From a virus, in the IMG/VR virus record IMGVR_UViG_3300031555_003913, positions 1,126 through 65,125 of that record: a DNA stretch of 64,000 nt, one strand, 5' to 3'. This document shows, in pieces, positions 31,236 through 40,200 of this stretch. The position numbers were made by a program, and so were the translations under genes. Numbering within the stretch: position 1 is the first letter of the stretch; each line of letters opens with the position of its first letter. The notes under the pieces were generated by a model that ran no database searches, had not been told where the DNA came from, and was given only the letters and a program-made list of their open reading frames with translations.

Positions 31236-34200
31236 ATGAAATATATGGCTGACCCTATTCGTATACAAATAACACAAATCAGTATTGACTCAAATAAGAA
31301 GCCAAAAATTTTTAGTACTTTACAAGCTGAGATTTATGGCCATTTATTTGATGTAAAGATAGGAAGTATTTCCTTAGCAGATGCTGTTAATTTTACAAAA
31401 CTAAGAAAAGATGTTGAGCTTGGAATAAATCAAAGCCCAATTAAAATACTTGTAAATCATGATATAATTCAAAATCAGATTGTCACAGCCGTTAAGTCAT
31501 CAGAATATATTCTTAATACTGGTGATGGAATTAATGTTAAAATAAATGAGTCTCAAATTCGTTCTGATATTGGCTCTGCAATGCAAGTTGCTATTTCAAA
31601 TACGGATGCACAGATAACATTACCGGAGATTAATTTAGGCGAAGTTTTTAAAAATTTGGAAATGCCTAAATCTTTTCCAACTGATTTACAAAAAATAATT
31701 AACAGTTTAGAAAAATTTACAAATGCATTTGAGAATAGTGGAGCAAAAATTACTAAACAGACAAATAATCTTAAAGCGTATCAGAGTGCAATTAAAGATT
31801 TAAGGAAGTCATATCTTCAAAATTTTGAATCTTCTTTGCAATATGCCGATGATAAATCAGCTCCTGAGTGGAAGAAAGCCGCGAGGTTGAACACTCAATC
31901 ATATAATGCAATTAACGAAAGACTTGCGGAACTAGGTGCGACAAAAGAAATTCGCGATAGCATTGCACAGAGCATCAGACTTGAAGAGGAAAAGATTCGT
32001 GCTGCCTTTGAAAACAAGCGGCTTAAGCAAATGGAAGCCGATGAGCAAAAAGAACTTAATGCTCATTTAAAAGAAGCAAATCGTTTATTGTCTGATTACC
32101 AGGCAAAATATAAAGCATACGTTTCTTTAGTTGGAAAAGAAGGTACTAAAGAGCATACTACGGCCTATGAACAGTTAGATGTTGCACGAAAAAGATTCGA
32201 AGACTTTTTTGACTCAGTGGAGCTACGCGAGAAAGACGCTGACGAGTTGCGCGAAACTTTTGATCGTGTGATGACAAGCTCTCATGAAAAGTATCAAATG
32301 AGTGAGTCTAGGACGTTTGACTCTTTAGTTGAACGTTCTAAGGAGTATAAAATTGAGCTTGAAAATTTATTAATTACTGATCGAAAGCTTAAGAATATGA
32401 CGATATTCGATTCTGATATCGTTAAAGACCAGGATTATGCTGGATATACTAAAAATCTTGAACGAGCTAAGTCAATTCTTGGTGACATCAGAAATATGGA
32501 TCAGTCCGGCGATTATGCAGGCATTGATAAGTTGTATAAAGAACTTGACGATTTAGTTATAAAAATCAACGCATTTTCAAAGGCTAAGCAAAATGCAAAC
32601 GCAGCGGTTCTTTCTGACAATAAGGAGATTGATAAGTTAAATAAACTTGGACAATCCTTAACAAGATATTTAAATGATTATGAAACCAGGTTGAAGAGAT
32701 TCCCTGATTTATATAGTCAATTTATTGAACTTCAGAGAAAGTTAAACAACAATGAGATTATTTCTGCTGATGCTGCTAGAGAACTAAATCGAATTCAGAT
32801 GGAAGCAAGAGCGGCTGGCGTAGAAGTTGATACGTTATGGCGCAAGCTCAAAAAGGCGTTTATGGCCAACATGCGTGGCCAGCTTGCAAACATGGGATGG
32901 ATGGCGATTACAACGTCATTTAGACAAGTTTACCAGAACGTCCTCCAGCTTGACACTGCAATGACCGAGCTGAAAAAGGTTACTAATGAGACGGAAGATG
33001 CCTATATTCAGTTCTTGGACAACGCTGAGAAGCGAGCTAAAAGGCTTGGCGCTACGTTAGTAGATGTAGTTAACGCAACGGCTTCATACAGCAGGCTTGG
33101 ATACGATATTCCTGATGCTTCTAATTTAGCCGATGTAGCGATTACTTATATGCATGTTGCAGATGGTGTCGACAGTATTGAAGACGCTACATCTATTTTA
33201 GTAAGTTCAATGCAGGGCCTTGGAATTGCAGCAAAAGATGCGATGTCCATTGCAGACATTTATAATGAAGTAAGTAACCGGTATGCTTCTACCGCTGGAG
33301 ATATTGGCGAAATAGTAAAAAGATCTGCTGCGACAATGAAAGTTGCCGGAAGCGATATCAATGAGATTGTAGCTCTTGGTGTTAGTGCGAATGAGGTTCA
33401 GCAAGATGCTGACGTCGTAGGGACTGCTTTGAAAAGTTTATCTATGCGTCTCAGATCTAGCAAGAGTGATTTAGAAGCTGCGGGCGAAGATACAGAAGGA
33501 ATGGCGGATTCTGTATCGAAATTGCGAGAAGAAATTCTTGCATTAACTGGCGTTGATTTGATGTTAAATGACGATACATTTAAGACGCCTTATACAATAT
33601 TAATGGAAATTGGTGAGGTTTGGGACGACCTTACTGATGTAAGCCGGGCTAATGTTAACCCGATTGTACAGAAATGTGCATAAAGAACAGATCTAAAACC
33701 AGTAACCCCTAAAGCTTGACTACTACAATGCGGATGAAATAAGCTGGCATGAAAGTAACGAAAGTAAAACAACAGTCAAGATGGTATATGGACAAAATCC
33801 TAAGTATCGATACAATGGGTATTTGGTCGCGAAGTCTCGAATAGAGATGTGTCAAACGACTATGGCATAGGCAGAAATGCAAAACCAGTACGGCGCAAAT
33901 TTATGGCGCGGGTGAAATTCCCTTAATTGGAAAAGGTCTGCCCTTCCAGGTAATGCTGAAGGTGAAGAAATAGTCTATTCTTATATGAAAATATAAGGTG
34001 TTATTTGATATTTAAATTTTAGATAAATGGATAAAAAATTTGATAAAGAGTATTCAACACAATTTGTGGACGAAATGAAATTTTTACAAGAGCATGGTAT
34101 TAATTATACTTTTGTAAAAACAATAAATGGGATTACGACATATAAATACGAAAAAACTCCTCAGCTATTTTATTGGCTGAGGATTTTTTATTGTCGATAA

Positions 34201-37200
34201 CTATTTTTTTGATTAATAATAGGTGATTAAATGAAATATTCATATGAGGAAATTAAATCCATGTTTGATGAACGTGGTTACGAGTTGGTTACAACAAAAG
34301 AAGAATTAGATGGTATGGCTGTAACAGATAAAATTAAATACATATGCCCAAAACATAGAGATTGCGGTATCCTGTCTATAACGTATCATCACCTGAAACG
34401 AAATCGTGGATGCAAATATTGTGGAAGAGAAAAAGCTGCGGAAAAGAGAACAAAGCCACTAGATGAATTCAGAGCAAAGGCAAAGGATTGTCTTGAATCT
34501 AAGGGATTAGAATTTGTTAATGTATTTCGTTCCAAAGACACAAATGGCCGTGCGGTGATAATGGTTGAATTTATCTGTCCAAAGCATAGAAAATATGGTA
34601 TCCAAACTACAAAATATGGAAATCTAATGTTTAGAGAAACTAATGGGTGTAAATATTGTATAGGAAAAGATATTCCAAAGGAAGAAATTTTCAAACAAAT
34701 ACAGGATATTCTGCCGCATATTGAAATTATTAGTGAGTTTAATGGTGTTAGTAAACCAATAAAATATCGCTGTAATATACATAATTATGAAGGCTGGTCT
34801 ACTTGTCAAAATTTATTGGCGGGAAGAGCTTGTTATTATTGTGGCTTAGAAAAATTAAGAAAACATAATACACTTTCTCAAGATGAATTTGTAGAAAGAG
34901 TCTGCAAGATAAATAAAGACATTGGAATCATAGGAGAATATCGAGGATTTGATTATCCCGTAAAAGTACACTGTAATAGATGTGGTAACACTTGGGATGC
35001 ACCCGTGTATTCATTATATCGTAGGGAGCATGGATGCCCAGTGTGTAATATGTATACTGGAGAAGGCGTAATCTATGAATTGCTTACTCAATGGGGGTAT
35101 AATTTTGATACGCAGCACAGGTTTAAAGATTGTGTCGATAAGAAACCTCTTCCATTTGATTTTTATTTAGAAGATTATAATATAGCAATTGAGTTCGATG
35201 GAATATTGCATTATATTCCTAAAATTCTTAAAAGAGGTATGACCCAAGAAACTGCAGATTATTCACATAAAAAGACATTAGAACATGATTTTATTAAAGA
35301 AAGTTATTGCGCAGATAATGGTATAAAATTAATAAGAGTTCCATATTGGGAATATGACGAAGGAAATGTCCCATATTATTTATTCGATCATTTAGTAGAA
35401 TATGGAGCTATGGAATTGATTACCTAAATATATAAAATATCAAATAACCTATGTCGAGTTATGACCGACATATAATATTAAGTAACGTTGGTGAATTATT
35501 ATTCGGGAAGCGTCAGGCTTCGATAGGATTTAGTATCCTTGAGAACTATGAACGCGCGCAAGAAATATATGAAGCGACTCTGGAAGCTCAAGGTTCTGCA
35601 GAATTAGAGCACCAAAGATATCTCGATTCCATTCAGGGACGGCTCGATAAGCTCACAGCTTCTTGGCAATCCCTGTCTAACACACTCCTGGATGATGGTC
35701 TTGTAAAAGACTTTGTATCCGGAGCAACAACAGCCCTCGACGTTGTAAATGCAATCGTCGAACAACTTGGCCTTATGCCAGGTCTTATTGCTGCCGCAGG
35801 CACTGTCTGGGCGCAGCACAATAATGTAGGTAAAGAATGTGCCCTCTTACTGAGAGCCGCATAGCAATCAGTAGGATGTTACCGGCCGTCAACCGGTAAT
35901 ACAAAACTTTCAAATTGCTGGAAAAAGCTAAAGCTCCCCTGCCCTTTTGGGAGAGGAAACTCAGAAATAACTGGGGAGATGAGGTATGCTGAGATAAAAG
36001 CCGCTTTGTGGTGCTAACCCTCGTTACAATGCTTAATCAGCAGCGAAGCCCTTAGGGGAACGCTCAACGACTACTTGGAAGTTGGAGTCTGTCATCTATA
36101 AAATATGCGTTTGGTGACAGGCTTTTAATGGATAGTCTGAACTGTGCCGAGAGGTACAGAGGGAGGATGAAGTGCCTCCCCGCCGTAATTACGATAATCG
36201 CCCTCCCCTTCTTTGAGGAGAGAAGGATGGGAAAATATAAGCCGGACATGGTGGGCCGGCAGGTTGTTGCCGGCAACAGAAAAACTGGCCAATTTTATGA
36301 GAAAAGGAATGATAAAATGAAAAAGAATTTTTATGAAAAATATTGGTGGATACCACATGTAGCGTCTAGTGTTGCATTGGTTGTATCACTTCTAACTCTA
36401 ATAGTAAGGCTATTGCTGATATTATAATTGCAACTACCGATAATCCAACAGGAAGCCAAAATTGAAGCATGTTTTATTAATTTACAGAAATTCTCTGTTT
36501 TTATTTGTTGCATTTCATCTATTTTTGTGTATACTTAAAGTAAAGACATATATAGAATAAGTTTGAAGGGGGGAATTTTGAATGACATTTAAACCAACTA
36601 ATGTAGCTTTTATTATTGCGCCAGAAAAAGCTGAAGATTTCCTAAAGTCAAAAGATGCAAGCGCTAAAAAAGCTATGGAGCGTTTTTATGCACACCAGCC
36701 AAAAAAAGGCATAAAGACCCCGTATAAAGGCAGTAATGAATAGGTATAGATTTGGCGAAGAAATAGAATACAAGTATAATCTATTAGAGGCTGATGATTT
36801 TAATAATCTTCAGCTTTTTAGTTGTGGAAATACACAAATGGATTATCATTTACATAATGAAGTAATTGTAGAGGGTAAGCTTAGGAGTGAAGATGGGCTA
36901 TATTATAAATTCTACGATGAAAAAACGAATGAAATTTTAGCTGTTGTGTCGTTAGCCACTTCTGGTATTTTAAGACAAATAGGTACATATAGTCATATAT
37001 TACCTGCAATAAAAATTGATATTTTTGCTGTAGATAAAAGATATCAAAAGATGCATTTCAACGAAGAGTCTCAGTCGTCATATATACCGGATGAACATTA
37101 TTATTTTAGTGACGAAGTGATTGGCAATATTATAAGACGTTGCATGGAAATTAGTGAAAATTTTGCATTAGCACAATTTGTTGTTGCGTATGCTGATGTG

Positions 37201-40200
37201 AAAGCTTATCGTTTCTATGAACGAAATGGATTTGGCAATTTTGAAAATTTTATGATAGAAGAACATAATATGGAAGTTTCAAAAAATATTCCAATGTATC
37301 TCAATCTTTTTGAATAACGCAAAAGACCAAGCTAAATAGCCTGGTCTTATTTTATTTCCACGTATATCCACAGTTATCACACGCATTAACCATTTTATTC
37401 ATACCAGCTACACCCGCTACCGCTGCTACATCCAGGAAGCCGGTAGGTAAACACCATAGAAAGGAGAACCGTAATGACATATGAATTAGTTTTACAAAAC
37501 ATGTCAGACTACGAGTCATACTTAATCAAACTTGTCGAATCAGATGCGCTGCTATTAGATAAAGTGTTTGTATTTCCTTTTAAATTCGTTCTTCGGTAGT
37601 TAGTCTACGTAGATTCCGACTTTATTTAAAGCCTTTTTGAATTCACGTGCAAACTTAGATGTATCTACAGAAATATCCTCTCCACAATACTTACATTTGT
37701 ACAAGAATTTTGATGCTTTAAACACATCTTTTGATTTAAACGTTTCGGAACGTCTACATTTTGGACATTCAAGTTCAAATTTAGGATTATCGTCACAAAA
37801 TGCTTTTAAGTATTTTTCCATGGTATCATCTCCTATTTCCACGTATGGCCACAATCGTTGCAACAGTTAATCATCTTATTAGAACCAACACCGCCAGCAG
37901 CAGCGGCAACATCTACGAAGCCAGTTACTGCGGCAGTAGCGATTGCCCTACCCCATTTGAAGCCGCGCTTGGTTTTACCGAGATTAGTGGAGCCGCATTT
38001 TGGACAGTGAGGTTTGGAATTATATTCACGAGTGATTTGTTCTGCTTCTTCTATCATAGAGTTATACACCTTCTGGTGTTTTTCAAGATCGTAATCAGTA
38101 TCCTTAAGAAATTCTTTCGTAACAAATTCAAATAATTCGAAACCATTTTGAGGATCTCTATGATAAACGTCGTAGAATCTATAACTCCACTCATCATCAT
38201 CGCTGCCGGTATAAATCATTTCCCCTCCACATTCTGGACATATTAAATCCGCACAGCAGTCAAACCATGTTGCTGTACTACATTCTTTGCAAATAAAAAC
38301 ATCTTCAAGTTCATAACTATAACTCATATAATCACCCTCCTCTATTTAGTGATTATATCAAAAATAGTAATTACGGTCAATAAAGTAACAGTTGACATTC
38401 AATAGCACTAGCGATATGAGTATTGCTGGTATACTATCTTCATATAAAGGAAACTCAGGCACAATAGTCAGTGGATCTAAAAATATTGCCGCATTAAAGG
38501 AATGGAACGCTGCAATTAAAGAAGGTGGAAAAGAGCTAAAACGACTTGGTACGATAAAAAAACAGCTCGATAAAGAGTACAGAGGTCTTGTAAGTGTATT
38601 AAAAAAGGAAGCGGTAGAACTTAAAGTTGTTGGAAGAAATGCTGTTGTCGGCGCTAACGGACTCAAAGGCTTAGCTACCGCAGCTAAGCTTGTAGGTAAA
38701 GAAATGCTTCTTGCTGCCGGTCAGTTTGCAATCTTTGCGGCGGCAACTTGGGCAATCAGTAAGGCAGTTGAAGGATTAGTATGGCTCTATGACGAGTTCT
38801 CAATGTCGATGAAGGCGACGGCTAAGAGAGCTGAAGAATCTGCAGCAGCACTTCAGGAAACTGAATCTGAAATAGAATCTCTTGAAGGCGAACTTGAAAC
38901 AGTTAGAGATCGTATTGAAGAGATTCAGTCTTTAGGCTCTTTATCTCTAACCGAACAATCAGAATTAAAAACACTTCAACTTGAAAGCGCTGAATTAAAG
39001 AAACAAATTAAGCTTCTTAAAGAAAAAAAGAAAATCGAAGAAGCTGAGCTCATTGAGGATAATATCGATGCAATTCATTCGTATGATTATCAAACAACTA
39101 TCAAAGTTGATTATGGAACTGCGAATGCGTATAATGACTCCCTTACACTTCCTGAGGAATTTGCATATAGAACAGAACAGTTAAAAAAGTATAGAGCTCT
39201 TCTTGCAGATTTAACTACCGATGATGAAAATTATGAACATTATCATGAGTTCTATACTAATCAAATCAAAGAGCAAAGCGAAGCCATTACTGAACTTAGC
39301 CTTGCAATTGATGGATATAGAGTTTCATTAGATGACATTCCGGAAGCAGAAAAAAACTACTTTGAACAGTTATACGCCGCTGAGAATAAAGCATTATTGG
39401 AAAATGGCACAATGTCCATCATGGACTTTATTAGTGCTGGTTTAGATGATAATGGGCTTGAAGAGTTCAATCAGCAAGTTGATGAAATGGCCAAAGCCGG
39501 AAATGCAACGAAAGATTCCATAGAGGACGCTTTTGGCAAAACAATCATTCCTATTCTTCATGAAGCCGGTCTTGTTGGGGACGAAGCGGCAGATGCACTT
39601 TTAAATCACATTTCTTCTCTTCGCAACGTCGGCGATGTAGTTGAACAAGTCATCGGTAATAACTCTGCTTTCTCCGATGTTCACTCAAAGATTGATAAGA
39701 TAACTACAACCGGATTTGATATCAATACTGATAGTGTCAGAACTGCGCTTGGCGAAGACTTTACTGCCGCCATGGATAAGGCTGGTGTATCTATCGATGA
39801 CCTTTGCAGTTGGCTAAAGACTCTGCAGAGTGAAGTTGACAGTTTTACTATCAAAGATATTACGGAAGATTTAACCGCTATTGAAGAGAAAATGGACGCC
39901 CTTTCAGATGCATACTATGAGTTTGTAGATGAATCTGGAAAAGTTAAATCTGCAACGCTTGATAGCATTGCAGAAACCTTCGCTGGTCTCGATGATACAA
40001 GAGCATTAGAGAACTTTATAAATATTCTTGGTGATTCATCTTCTACTATTTCGGAAGTTAAAGAAGCGCTTAACGGCGTAGTAGATGCATATTTTGCAGA
40101 AGAAGCTACGGCTAAACGTTTAACTGAAGCGAATAGAGATCTTTATGAATCTCAGTTAAAGCGACTTGGTATTGCGAATTATGAAGATGTTGTTTCTTAT

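Larger units (their letters stand above)
33650..35482 (+). mobile_element. Group I intron TMP-I1, bicistronic, C-A 5' splice pair
   Basis: P1 CGGGC/ACCCG; P10 GUUA/UAAC; P3 CAGATC/GGTCTG; P7 GACTA/TAGTC; stem GTTATTTGATATTT/AAATATCAAATAAC brackets the ORFs; terminal G35482. Confidence 0.87.
35832..38394 (+). mobile_element. Group I intron TMP-I2 carrying multi-gene cargo, no recognisable endonuclease
   Basis: P1 GGU/GCC; 6-bp P10 GAAUGU/ACAUUC; P AAATTGCTGGAA, Q AATCAGCAG, P7 GACTA/TAGTC; P9.0 AAC/GTT; stem CCGTAATTAC (36183)/GTAATTACGG (38367); terminal G38394. Confidence 0.87.

Noticed and set aside
36064-36316. ORFs 36064..36276, 36125..36358 and the long 36128 start
   Set aside because: They overlap ribozyme P7-P9 elements and lack convincing RBSs.
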